NCBI GenBank assembly: GCA_049287305.1 | Contig: JBAQFO010000014.1 | Coordinates: forward strand, 128,453-192,452 | Reading direction: 5' to 3' | DNA from: Minisyncoccia bacterium | GTDB lineage: Bacteria; Patescibacteriota; Minisyncoccia; Phycocordibacterales; UBA9973 | Length of the DNA: 64,000 nucleotides | Part shown: in pieces, positions 39,092-48,501 of the stretch | Numbering within the stretch: the first letter of the stretch is position 1 | Layout: the number at the start of each line of letters is the position of its first letter | Notes under the pieces: generated by a model | Database searches by the model: none | Told to the model about the DNA's origin: nothing | Seen by the model: the letters and a program-made list of their open reading frames with translations, nothing else | Position numbers and translations under genes: made by a program

Positions 39092-40060
39092 TTAGTTCAC
39101 CGTGGTTTTTAATTGTTTCTCTCTTTTAAATCGCTCCATAGCGAGGTCAATAAGTCTATCCAATAACTTGGTCTGAGGAATCCCTGATGCCTCCCAAAGC
39201 TTCGGATACATGCTTATGTTGGTAAATCCGGGTAAGGTATTTATTTCATTAACTAAAACTTCTCCATTTTTCTTTAGGAAAAAATCAACTCGCCCCAGCC
39301 CTTCACAGCTTAAAGCTTGAAATGTGCTTATCGCAAGCTCCTGAATTTTTTTCGCAGTTTTTTTGTCTATTTTCGCGGGTATTTCTGCTTTAGAGCCTTC
39401 CCCTTTATATTTTGCATCGTAAGAATAAAATTCCTCGTTCGCGATGATTTCTCCCGGGACTGAAGCCATTGGAAAGTCATTCCCCAGCACGGCGCATTCT
39501 ATCTCTCTGGCGTTAATAAATTCTTCCACAATTATTTTCGTATCGTAACGGAAAGCTTCCTTAATGGCTTTGTTGAATTCTTTCTTGTTTCGCGCTTTAC
39601 TCACTCCCACCGACGAGCCCATGTTGGCGGGTTTTATAAATACGGGCAAACCCAGAACTTTTTTTATTTTATTAAAATTTATTTCACCACTTTCTTTTAA
39701 AGTTATAAATTTTCCAATCGGAATACCCGCATCGCGAAGCAATCTTTTCATAACATCTTTATCCATCCCTACAGCCGAGCCCAATACTCCCGCCCCAACA
39801 AATGGCACTCCGGCAAGCTTAAGTAATCCTTGCATACTTCCATCCTCTCCAAAAGGCCCATGGAGAACAGGGAAAATCACGTCAAATTTCTTTACCATTT
39901 CGGCGTTAAACTTACCATCTCCGTTTATCTTGACCGGAGTAATTTTATATTTATTTTTATCTAGCGCTTTAATTACATTTTTAGCAGAACTAATAGAAAC
40001 TTCGTGTTCTGCCGACTTGCCTCCAAAAAGCACTGCCACCTTAAGCTTATTTTTTGCCAT
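39092..40060 (-). CDS. ddl: D-alanine--D-alanine ligase
   Basis: VAVLFGGKSAEHEVSISSA N-terminus and ATP-grasp motifs. Confidence 0.85.
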   Translation of the reverse strand: MAKNKLKVAVLFGGKSAEHEVSISSAKNVIKALDKNKYKITPVKINGDGKFNAEMVKKFDVIFPVLHGPFGEDGSMQGLLKLAGVPFVGAGVLGSAVGMDKDVMKRLLRDAGIPIGKFITLKESGEINFNKIKKVLGLPVFIKPANMGSSVGVSKARNKKEFNKAIKEAFRYDTKIIVEEFINAREIECAVLGNDFPMASVPGEIIANEEFYSYDAKYKGEGSKAEIPAKIDKKTAKKIQELAISTFQALSCEGLGRVDFFLKKNGEVLVNEINTLPGFTNISMYPKLWEASGIPQTKLLDRLIDLAMERFKREKQLKTTVN

Positions 40061-40075
40061 ACGCTCAATTATACA

Positions 40076-40804
40076 TTACTTATTTAAAATCGCATCCTTG
40101 AGCCCTCTAGGCACATTAGTAAGGCTTCTGGCGCCTTTTTTGGTGATTAGATACATATCTTCTATCCTTATGCCTCCGAAGCCTTTAAGGTATATCCCAG
40201 GCTCTACGGTCATTACACACCCAGCTGGGACAATATCTTCGCTCTTTGGCTTGAAATTCGGCCACTCATGAATGACCGTGCCTACTCCGTGGCCAAGCCC
40301 ATGCTTAAAATTATTTTTGTATTTTTTCGCTAAAAAACTTCGGGCCGAATTATCAATAACTTTCGCATTACGCTCTCCTTTTTCCAATTTTCTAATAGCT
40401 CGATTTTGCGCCTCAAGGACTGCTAAATATACTTTCTTCTGCTTCTCTGTTGGGATGCCCCAGAAATATGTGCGAGTCATGTCGGAACAATAATGGTTCC
40501 AGGTTGTCCCAAAATCAAACATAACAATATCTCCTTTCTTTAATTTTACATTAGAAGGCTCATGATGAATATCGGCGCTCCCTTTTCCGAAAGCCACAAT
40601 CGGAGGAAAGGATAAAATTGGCGCTCCGTTCTTCACGAAAGACTTTTTAATGAACTTAGCGACTTGAATCTCTGTAATCCCATCCGCTAGATAGCCTAAA
40701 ACATCCCTCAAAACTTTTTCACTTATTCTTTGGGCTTTTATAATACTGGACAACTCTTTTTTGTTCTTGACCGCTCGCACTTCATGAATTAATTTTGTTT
40801 TCAT
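40076..40804 (-). CDS. M24-family metallopeptidase (Xaa-Pro peptidase-like catalytic domain only)
   Basis: HGLGHGVGTVIHEWP motif and the metal ligands. Confidence 0.7.
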   Translation of the reverse strand: MKTKLIHEVRAVKNKKELSSIIKAQRISEKVLRDVLGYLADGITEIQVAKFIKKSFVKNGAPILSFPPIVAFGKGSADIHHEPSNVKLKKGDIVMFDFGTTWNHYCSDMTRTYFWGIPTEKQKKVYLAVLEAQNRAIRKLEKGERNAKVIDNSARSFLAKKYKNNFKHGLGHGVGTVIHEWPNFKPKSEDIVPAGCVMTVEPGIYLKGFGGIRIEDMYLITKKGARSLTNVPRGLKDAILNK

Positions 40805-40806
40805 TT

Positions 40807-42513
40807 TTAATATACTTCCTGTTTATAACAAGTCTCGCAATAAATTATCGGTGCGTAAGATTCGGTGTACACGGTTTCCACTTCCACACTGCATTTGCCA
40901 CAATTGCGTTTTATTAATTTCAACGGCGGGCGTTTGGCAATCCGGCGCATGTGTCGGACATCAAAACAAACCCGAGGTAAAGGAAGATTCATTCTCCGGT
41001 AAAAAGCCAGCTCGTTCGGCGTAATGCGATATGCCCCGACAGAAAATGGGCTATCTTTTTCACCGCACTCAATTACTTCTTTAAGGACGGAATCCTCAAC
41101 TTCCTCTATTGTCTCGGGCAGTTCCCCGCTTTTTATTGTTGTTTCATAATTCTTTTTTTCTTTATCTTTCCACCTATAACCTTTTTGTAAAGCTTCTTCT
41201 TTTGTCAAAGGGGAGAAATCGTAGGCGGCAGTTTCGTTATAGGCGAAAGTGGAAAGCTGTTCGGGAAAATGTTCCCCAAACCCATGCTTGAGTCCTCTAT
41301 TATCAACGAACGGCATATCTTTCATGTGCTCTATTATCTTGGTAACAAGAGCTTCGTAATCTTCTTTGGTGTATTTTTTATTTAAAATAGAATACTCGCC
41401 TTTCTTTAAGCCAATACATCCGAAGCAATTTCCAGCTCCGGGACAGGAGTCGCAGTAAGTAAGGTCATGAGCGCCCATCCAGCACTGGGTGGAAAAGGAA
41501 ATTCTGGAACAATTAATTCCGCAGTTCTCGGATTCATATATCAATTCCGAATTATTCCCCCACTCAAAGTAGTCCATACAGTCTTGGGCATCAAAAACCG
41601 AAAAAAGAAACTTGCCGTCCTTAACACTAAGTGAATCAAATGATTGGTGGACGTTTTTGGAATTAGAAAACCAATTACCGGAAACATTTTCAGATTTCAC
41701 CGAGTTAATTGCTTTTTGCGGGAATTTTTTTCTGAATTCGGGAAATTCTCTCTCCATTTTTTCTATTCCGGTTGCGGTGTGAAGCCCAAGTTCCTTCAAT
41801 TTTTCAAAATACTCTTCTTTGGAGTAAGGCTCGTTCCAAATATGAAATTCTTTATTCACAAGGTTTACGCAACCGACGCAATTGGAACAATTCCTGCAAG
41901 AATACAAGAAAGAGGAGTCCCGGCAATTACTGCTTTCCTGGGAGAATCTAGTATTGTAAGAATTCTCGCAGTTAATACATTCATAGCAAAGTTCTAAGTT
42001 GTTAACCCAGGCGCAGTCACTAGTGTCTTTTATTCTTTCAACCACATAAGAATAAAAAGAATCCGTCGGACTCGTTGCCCTGAAAACCATGTAAGAATTC
42101 TTTGGGTCGGTGACTCTGTGAACGTAAGGGCTGTTCACGGACATCCCCTGACGAACCAAGGACATCTTCGGAACCTTGTTTAGAAGCTCTTGGAATTGTT
42201 CAAAGAAGGGTTTTGAAAAATCATAATCAATTCCATAGTCATATGGATTCCAGTCGTCGGAATACCATTCCTCTGTTTCGTAAACAGGAAATGGGGCCTC
42301 AATCGGATACATGGAAAAAATGTCTTTTCCGCTTAAGTCGCTTTTCCGCTTATATAAAACTCTTTCCCCGGTGCTTGCCAAACGTCGGACGAAGCGGCAA
42401 TCCGGACAAAATGTCGGGGGCAGAACTTTTATTTTTTCGTAAAATCCAAAATCATCCGTTTCTATAATAAAATCTTTTTTACAATTTTGACAATTCTTTG
42501 TTTCGGATTGCAT
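40807..42513 (-). CDS. Cysteine-rich protein with terminal zinc ribbons and internally duplicated CxxC/NC/GC modules; paralog of 1..1093
   Basis: N-terminal CQNCKKDF...CPDCR, C-terminal CGKCS...CETC. Two internal modules of form C..C.NC.GC(V/I).L.NK...I.N..Y(S/T)KE(E/D)Y. Confidence 0.55.
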   Translation of the reverse strand: MQSETKNCQNCKKDFIIETDDFGFYEKIKVLPPTFCPDCRFVRRLASTGERVLYKRKSDLSGKDIFSMYPIEAPFPVYETEEWYSDDWNPYDYGIDYDFSKPFFEQFQELLNKVPKMSLVRQGMSVNSPYVHRVTDPKNSYMVFRATSPTDSFYSYVVERIKDTSDCAWVNNLELCYECINCENSYNTRFSQESSNCRDSSFLYSCRNCSNCVGCVNLVNKEFHIWNEPYSKEEYFEKLKELGLHTATGIEKMEREFPEFRKKFPQKAINSVKSENVSGNWFSNSKNVHQSFDSLSVKDGKFLFSVFDAQDCMDYFEWGNNSELIYESENCGINCSRISFSTQCWMGAHDLTYCDSCPGAGNCFGCIGLKKGEYSILNKKYTKEDYEALVTKIIEHMKDMPFVDNRGLKHGFGEHFPEQLSTFAYNETAAYDFSPLTKEEALQKGYRWKDKEKKNYETTIKSGELPETIEEVEDSVLKEVIECGEKDSPFSVGAYRITPNELAFYRRMNLPLPRVCFDVRHMRRIAKRPPLKLIKRNCGKCSVEVETVYTESYAPIIYCETCYKQEVY

Positions 42514-42542
42514 GATTTTCTGTTCTACAATTCTACAGACTT

Positions 42543-43691
42543 TTAAAACAACTTCGCCACGTCGTGGTAGGTAATGACAAGCATAAGAGTGATTAGGATA
42601 ATAAATCCAATCATGTTCGCGGTGTTGGCTATTTTGGGGTTTATGTGTGAACCTTTTATTTTTTCTATAAGCAGGAAGAAGAGCCGTCCGCCATCAAGCG
42701 CCGGGAATGGGAAAAGGTTTATGATTGCCAAATTTATGGAAATAAGAGCGGCAAAAGAAAGAAGGTAGACGAAACCAAATTCGTATGCGTCCCCTACTAT
42801 ACCTACCATACCCACCGGTCCGGTAACTGCTGCCATGCTGCCTTCGCCCTGTATAGCCTGCCCCAGAAGGCTAAAAAGCCCCACCACGGTGCCTTTGGTG
42901 ACCGATAGGGTTAGCTTCAGTCCTTCGTAGAAAGCCCTATGGACAGGCAATTTTGCGGTTCCAACTTGGTCCATTGAAATACCTATAATTAAATCTTTAC
43001 CTTCTTCTCTCGTAGGAACAACTTGGGCGAATTCACCACCTATTTCATCTGCATAATCCATTTTTTGCCCCTTACCACGAATGTATTCTATCCAAAGCGG
43101 ATATTCTTCATTAGCTTGTGTATGGCTTGTTATGAAATTCTTAAGTTCTTCAGGATTCGGATTTCGTAAATAATCTTCAGGGTTCGCAGAATACGGCATT
43201 GAAATTTCAATTATTTTATCCCCGACTTTCAATCCGGCTTTTTCCGCGGGAGATTCTTTTGCGATGGAAGTTATCACAAGGTTTACGTTTTCCAAATCGT
43301 ATCCGGCAGGAGCAGAACCGACAGATGTCGGAAGTCCTGATATAAATCCGACGGAAAATAAAAACCACGCAAGCATAAAGTTCATAAACACTCCGGCAAA
43401 AAGCACTATGGCTTGTTGCCATTTCGGCTTGTTTATAAAACTCCTCTTAGCGTCCGGTCCACTTACGCTCTCTTCATCCGGACTTTCGCCAAAAATTTTT
43501 ACGAAGCCTCCAAGAGGCAATAAATTGAAAGTGTATTCGGTCTCCCCTTTTTTAAATCCAAATAGTTTCGGAGGAAATCCGAATCCGAATTCGTCTACTC
43601 GGATGCCAAATTTTTTGGCAGTAAAAAAATGCCCAAATTCGTGGACCAGAACCAGCACCAATAAAATTACGACAAAAATTACAATACTCAT
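42543..43691 (-). CDS. rseP: RIP metalloprotease RseP (site-2 protease)
   Basis: HEFGHFF zinc motif, a PDZ domain, and LPLGGFV. Confidence 0.85.
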   Translation of the reverse strand: MSIVIFVVILLVLVLVHEFGHFFTAKKFGIRVDEFGFGFPPKLFGFKKGETEYTFNLLPLGGFVKIFGESPDEESVSGPDAKRSFINKPKWQQAIVLFAGVFMNFMLAWFLFSVGFISGLPTSVGSAPAGYDLENVNLVITSIAKESPAEKAGLKVGDKIIEISMPYSANPEDYLRNPNPEELKNFITSHTQANEEYPLWIEYIRGKGQKMDYADEIGGEFAQVVPTREEGKDLIIGISMDQVGTAKLPVHRAFYEGLKLTLSVTKGTVVGLFSLLGQAIQGEGSMAAVTGPVGMVGIVGDAYEFGFVYLLSFAALISINLAIINLFPFPALDGGRLFFLLIEKIKGSHINPKIANTANMIGFIILITLMLVITYHDVAKLF

Positions 43692-43697
43692 TTAATA

Positions 43698-44249
43698 TTA
43701 TCCCATTACTTCCTTCTCTTTCCTGTCAAAAACAGCTTCCAGGTTTCCGTTCGCTTCATTTATAATTTTCTGCAACTCCTCTTTTGCTCTGAATTTATCG
43801 TCTTCGGTCATTTCCGCATTTTTTTCTTTGGCTTCAATGTCTTCCATTACTGCTTCCCGTTCGCGCCTGACAGTGATGCGGCTTTCTTCCAGTTTTTCTT
43901 TAAGAACCTTCACCAGAGTCTGCCTGGTTTCGGTTGTAAGTTGAGGGAAAATAACTCTGAGCCCTTGGTCGTCGGTTGCTACCGATAATCCCAAGTTTGC
44001 TCCCACAATGGCTTTTTCTATACCTTTAACTTGAGTTTTGTCCCAAGGAGCGATACGTAGAGTTTTCGGGTCTTCAATAGATACTGACGCAACATTTTTT
44101 AGCGCCACGAATGAGCCATAGGATTCTACAGAAATACCGTCAAGAACCATCGGAGACGCCCGTCCAATATTTAATTGGCTATATTCTTTACTCAGAAATT
44201 CTTCTATTTTTTTAAGTTCGGCTTTGAAATTTGAAAAATTATATTGCAT
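43698..44249 (-). CDS. frr: Ribosome recycling factor
   Basis: 183-aa protein with an RRF profile. Confidence 0.8.
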   Translation of the reverse strand: MQYNFSNFKAELKKIEEFLSKEYSQLNIGRASPMVLDGISVESYGSFVALKNVASVSIEDPKTLRIAPWDKTQVKGIEKAIVGANLGLSVATDDQGLRVIFPQLTTETRQTLVKVLKEKLEESRITVRREREAVMEDIEAKEKNAEMTEDDKFRAKEELQKIINEANGNLEAVFDRKEKEVMG

Positions 44250-44278
44250 ATTCTTTATTGTAACATTTTTTAATAATT

Positions 44279-45046
44279 TTATAAACTGGGAGTTATTAAC
44301 GCCACGGATTCCATTAAACTCTTAGAAGAAGAGCCCGGCATGCGGAGAAATTCGCGGACTTTAAAAAAATGCGCAAAGCAATTCTCTGGAAAATTATGCC
44401 GTCTTGACCCTTCCCCGATTACGGGGTGGGACTTACGCCACTCAAAATTTTCCAGAGAATTGCGATGTAAGGTCAGTTCCAGTGCGTTTAAAAATTTAAT
44501 AGCTTTAGAACGGGCGGAATCGGACGAAATAATTTCATTCCCTTCTTCGTCTTCTTCATCATTTTCCGTGAGCAACTCTTTTATAAAGTCAATCCTGGCC
44601 GGAAGCGACATCGCGATAAATTCTTCGGCCTTCTTTGCTTCTTCCTCCACGTGTGACATGGAAGGAATCAAGTAGAACCTGGAAACCAAAGTTTTCAAAA
44701 GAGCATTGGTGTCCGGAACTATAAGGAAAAAGTGGGTATTCTGTATTGGTTCTTCAAACATCTTAAGTAAGGTATTTTGAGCTTCCAGCAGAAAATTATT
44801 CGCAGTGATAATAAAAATTCTCTTTTCGGTGGAAAAACTTTTTTGCGAAGCGAATGCTTTCAGGTTGCGCGCATCATCAATTTTAAAAGAATCCTGGTGA
44901 ATGTGAATAAAATCGGAATTACCGGTTGTCTTTATTCCGATGCTTTCCAAGAAAGATTTTATTGTCGGCACTATTTCTTCACGAACGCCTTCAATTAAAT
45001 ACGCATGGTGTAAATTCTCTTTATCAAAATAGTCTCCGAGATTCAT
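44279..45046 (-). CDS. holB: DNA polymerase III delta-prime-like clamp-loader subunit (divergent)
   Basis: HAYLIEG, LLKMFEEP, FFLI and LKTLVSRF motifs, collinear with delta-prime. Confidence 0.55.
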   Translation of the reverse strand: MNLGDYFDKENLHHAYLIEGVREEIVPTIKSFLESIGIKTTGNSDFIHIHQDSFKIDDARNLKAFASQKSFSTEKRIFIITANNFLLEAQNTLLKMFEEPIQNTHFFLIVPDTNALLKTLVSRFYLIPSMSHVEEEAKKAEEFIAMSLPARIDFIKELLTENDEEDEEGNEIISSDSARSKAIKFLNALELTLHRNSLENFEWRKSHPVIGEGSRRHNFPENCFAHFFKVREFLRMPGSSSKSLMESVALITPSL

Positions 45047-46060
45047 TTATTTTTTACTTAACACAGTCTTTTTATAAACATCCAGATGTTCAAGCGCTAT
45101 TCCTGTGCCTTTAACCACACAGAAAAGTGGGTCTTCCGCCAAAGTAGCCTTAACTCCGGTTTTCCTGTAAACCAAGTCAGTGAGATTGCGTAATTGAGAA
45201 GAACCTCCGGTCATAATTATCCCATGGTCTATGATATCGGACGCAAGTTCAGGAGGAGTTTCTTGGAGCACGTCTTTAATAGCTTTAATAATATGCTTAA
45301 GTTCGGTATCTATCGCCTTCACTATTTCGTTGGTTCCCACCTGGGCTGAACGGGGTAAGCCTTGGATAAAATCCCGGCCTTTGATAGTTACTCTAAGCTC
45401 TTCTTCAAGTGGAATCGCAGCCCCGATTTTTATTTTTACTTCTTCGGCAGTCCTGTCTCCGATAGCCAGATTGAAGGTTTTTTTGATGTAGTCGGCTATG
45501 GCGGCATCAATTTTATTGCCAGCAAATTTTACGGATGTGGAAGCAACTATTCCACCCAAAGATATCACCGCAACATCCGTCGTTCCGCCACCGATATCCA
45601 CCACCATGTATCCTGTAGATTCGTAAATCGGAATCCCCGCGCCTATTGCCGCAAGAATCGGCTCTTTCACCACGTAAGCATTTCTTGCTCCCGCGCGTAT
45701 AGCTGCTTCTATAACGGCACGACGTTCTGTAGAAGTAACTCCCGCAGGAACCGAAACCATCACATCAGGTTTGAAAAAACTGAATTTACCCATAGCTTTT
45801 CCTATAAAATACCGGAGCATCGCTTCGGTTACCCGATAGTCCGCTATCACTCCGTCCTTCATTGGGCAATAAGTGATAATAGATTCCGGAGTTTTTCCAA
45901 TCATATTCTTGGCCTCAAATCCTATCGCCAGTATTTTATTATCTTGTTCCGAAACAGCCACCACGGAAGGCTCATTAAGCACGATTCCTTTTCCCGGAGA
46001 AAAAACAAGGGTATTGGCCGTGCCCAAATCTATCCCTAATTTGCGTGAAAAAATTCCCAT
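45047..46060 (-). CDS. mreB: Rod-shape-determining protein MreB
   Basis: IDLGTANTLVF and actin-fold motifs. Confidence 0.9.
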   Translation of the reverse strand: MGIFSRKLGIDLGTANTLVFSPGKGIVLNEPSVVAVSEQDNKILAIGFEAKNMIGKTPESIITYCPMKDGVIADYRVTEAMLRYFIGKAMGKFSFFKPDVMVSVPAGVTSTERRAVIEAAIRAGARNAYVVKEPILAAIGAGIPIYESTGYMVVDIGGGTTDVAVISLGGIVASTSVKFAGNKIDAAIADYIKKTFNLAIGDRTAEEVKIKIGAAIPLEEELRVTIKGRDFIQGLPRSAQVGTNEIVKAIDTELKHIIKAIKDVLQETPPELASDIIDHGIIMTGGSSQLRNLTDLVYRKTGVKATLAEDPLFCVVKGTGIALEHLDVYKKTVLSKK

Positions 46061-46108
46061 ATGAGACTAATATAACACAGTTTTATGCTAGAATGAAATT
46101 AATAAATT

Positions 46109-48055
46109 ATGAAAGTCATATCCGTAATACCTCTAAAAAAAGGCATCTTGAAGGGAGACCTGACTTACTTCACCAGCTTGGATGTCAGACCTGGCAACAT
46201 TGTAACCGTGCCCATAAGAAGTAAAAAAACCTTAGCTCTGGTTATATCTTCCGCTTCACTATCTGAAACAAAGGGCGACGTAAAAGGCATGAATTTTAAT
46301 TTGAAAAAAGTTACGGAAAACATGGGAGAATCGGTTTTCTTGAAGGAATTCCTTGATACCATTTTTGATGCCTGCGATTATTTCGTCCAAAACAAAACCC
46401 GAGCCATAGCTTCTTTTATTCCCGCCATATTTATAGAAAAATACGAAAAACTTTCCAAGATTCGACATGATGAGGTAAATTTAAAAAAGAACGCCCATGT
46501 CGGGGAGAAAAATATAAAATCTGAAAAATTAGTTTTTCAGTATCCGTTTTCTGACAGAATTTCAATTTATAAAACTCTTGTCCGGGAATCTTTCGCCAGA
46601 GGCAAGTCGGTGTTCCTAGTTTTACCCACCGAAAGCGATATTTTGAAATTCGAAAGCGCCCTATCCAAGGGAATTGAGCAATTTACTTTCTCCTTATATA
46701 GCGGAATAAGCGCCAATAAAAATCTGGGGACATATGAAAAAATAATAACTTCCTCTCATCCAGTGCTAATTATAGGAACGGCGCCTTTTCTTTCAATACC
46801 AAAAACAGATATCGGCACTATTATCCTTGAGCACGAAAACTCAAGCGCTTACAAAATGATTGCTAGGCCATATTTTGACCTTCGGTTTTTCGTGGAACTT
46901 TACGCCTCAAAAATCAAAGCTAAATTTATAATGGGCGACGAAATACTCAGATATGAAACAATAGGCCGGATGGAAAGAGACCATTTACACCCTCTTCATC
47001 CCCTTTCTTATAGGATAGACTTTGCGGGACAGATAGAAATTCCCAAGGCTCCGGAAAAAACAGATAAGAAAAAATTTCAAATTCTTAAAGAAGAAAGCAT
47101 AAAAGAAATAAGTTCCGCGCTCCAAAGCAAGAAAAACATTTTTATATTTTCTCTGCGGAAAGGCTTGGCTACTCAGACACTATGTAAGGACTGTGGAGAA
47201 ACCGTAAGCTGCCCGGAATGCAGCACTCCCCTTGTGCTGTATTTATCGCACCAAGGCAAGAAAAGGATGTTCGCCTGCAATCGCTGTGAGCGGGAAATGG
47301 AAGGAGATATCGCTTGTAGTTCATGTAAAAGCTGGAATCTGATTCCGCTCGGAATTGGGACAGATACGGTTTACGAAGAAATATCCAAACTTTTTCCACA
47401 AGCAAAAATTTTCAAATTAGACAAAGAGTCGACAAAAACAGCCAAGGGAGCAAAAGAGGTAATAAAAGAATTTGAATCTACTCCCGGCGGAATTCTTATT
47501 GGAACCGAAATGACATTTTTCTACTTGAAAAAAGAGGTCCCGTTTTCTATCATCGCTTCTTTTGACTCGCTTTGGAGTATCCCAAACTTTAGGATGAGTG
47601 AAAAAATAATCCAGATAATCCTTTCAACACTAAGCGTAACCGAAGAAAAATTAATAATCCAAACCAAAAATGAGAAGGATGGGATTATCCAAGGAATAAA
47701 ATCCGCCAACTTAATGCCTTTCGTGCGTGAAGAACTGGAAGACAGGAAAAGACTTGAATATCCTCCATTTAAAAAATTTATAAAAATCAGCCACACGGGA
47801 GATAAAGAGCAGACAATGCGAGCCCGAAAATTTCTAGAAGAATCGCTCGCCGAATATTCCCCTGAAATATTTAGCGGGTTCATCGCAAAAATAAAAGGGA
47901 AATATGTAACTAACGCTCTCATAAAAATGGAGCCAAAAAAATGGTCCTTGCAAGAAATAGTGACGGACGGAAGTATAGACCAAAACCTGCTTCTCAAGTT
48001 ATCTTCTCTGCCACCTTTATTTGAAATAATAGTAGACCCGGAAGACTTGTTGTAA
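46109..48055 (+). CDS. priA: PriA-like primosomal protein with degenerate helicase motifs
   Basis: 3'-DNA-binding N-domain and the C4/C4 zinc region (CKDCGETVSCPECS...CNRCE...CSSCKS) are conserved. The Walker A position reads FSDRISIY and the DEEH position reads EHEN. Confidence 0.6.
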   Translation: MKVISVIPLKKGILKGDLTYFTSLDVRPGNIVTVPIRSKKTLALVISSASLSETKGDVKGMNFNLKKVTENMGESVFLKEFLDTIFDACDYFVQNKTRAIASFIPAIFIEKYEKLSKIRHDEVNLKKNAHVGEKNIKSEKLVFQYPFSDRISIYKTLVRESFARGKSVFLVLPTESDILKFESALSKGIEQFTFSLYSGISANKNLGTYEKIITSSHPVLIIGTAPFLSIPKTDIGTIILEHENSSAYKMIARPYFDLRFFVELYASKIKAKFIMGDEILRYETIGRMERDHLHPLHPLSYRIDFAGQIEIPKAPEKTDKKKFQILKEESIKEISSALQSKKNIFIFSLRKGLATQTLCKDCGETVSCPECSTPLVLYLSHQGKKRMFACNRCEREMEGDIACSSCKSWNLIPLGIGTDTVYEEISKLFPQAKIFKLDKESTKTAKGAKEVIKEFESTPGGILIGTEMTFFYLKKEVPFSIIASFDSLWSIPNFRMSEKIIQIILSTLSVTEEKLIIQTKNEKDGIIQGIKSANLMPFVREELEDRKRLEYPPFKKFIKISHTGDKEQTMRARKFLEESLAEYSPEIFSGFIAKIKGKYVTNALIKMEPKKWSLQEIVTDGSIDQNLLLKLSSLPPLFEIIVDPEDLL

Positions 48056-48099
48056 TTTTCAGCACATATGCTATCTTCGTAGTGAAAGGAGCTCTTCGT

Positions 48100-48255
48100 A
48101 TGAGCGTAGTCGAGGGCAAAACTCCCGTCGAGAACGACAATGCGCACTGGGAAGGCGCAGCAGACGAACCCCACACCCCAACTGCATCAACAACACCTCT
48201 TTTTGAGTGGCCTTATCCCGACGAGGGCCACGGGGAGGAAGCTCACGAAAAGTGA
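48100..48255 (+). CDS. Small acidic protein (51 aa) in a GC-rich island
   Basis: AAAGGAG Shine-Dalgarno 8 nt upstream. MSVVEGKTPVENDNAHWEGAADEPHTPTASTTPLFEWPYPDEGHGEEAHEK. Confidence 0.4.
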   Translation: MSVVEGKTPVENDNAHWEGAADEPHTPTASTTPLFEWPYPDEGHGEEAHEK

Positions 48256-48269
48256 GGAAGGAGCCGGAA

Positions 48270-48452
48270 ATGGCCAACGAAGAATGGTCAGACGCCAACA
48301 TTGGAGGATGTTGTAGCGGAACAGGCCCCGGAGGGCAGTCCATCGCCGACACCTCCGATTCCAACGACCCGAACGACCCCGTCGTCGTCACCAGCGACGG
48401 ATCTCGAATCCACACCAACGTTCGGAGTCCCGATGAATTGGTGGGAAAGTAA
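48270..48452 (+). CDS. Small acidic protein (60 aa) with GGCCSGTGPGG motif in a GC-rich island
   Basis: GGAAGGAG SD 6 nt upstream. MANEEWSDANIGGCCSGTGPGGQSIADTSDSNDPNDPVVVTSDGSRIHTNVRSPDELVGK. The tracked 81-aa ORF begins further upstream, but this ATG is the SD-supported one. Confidence 0.4.
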   Translation: MANEEWSDANIGGCCSGTGPGGQSIADTSDSNDPNDPVVVTSDGSRIHTNVRSPDELVGK

Positions 48453-48456
48453 TCCA

Positions 48457-48497
48457 CCGCCTGAAGAGAAGCGACCGCGCTCTCACAGGCGGTTTCT
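48457..48497. terminator. Hairpin plus T-run terminator
   Basis: CCGCCTG...CAGGCGG 7-bp stem followed by TTTCTCTTTTT. Confidence 0.5.
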
Positions 48498-48501
48498 CTT
48501 T

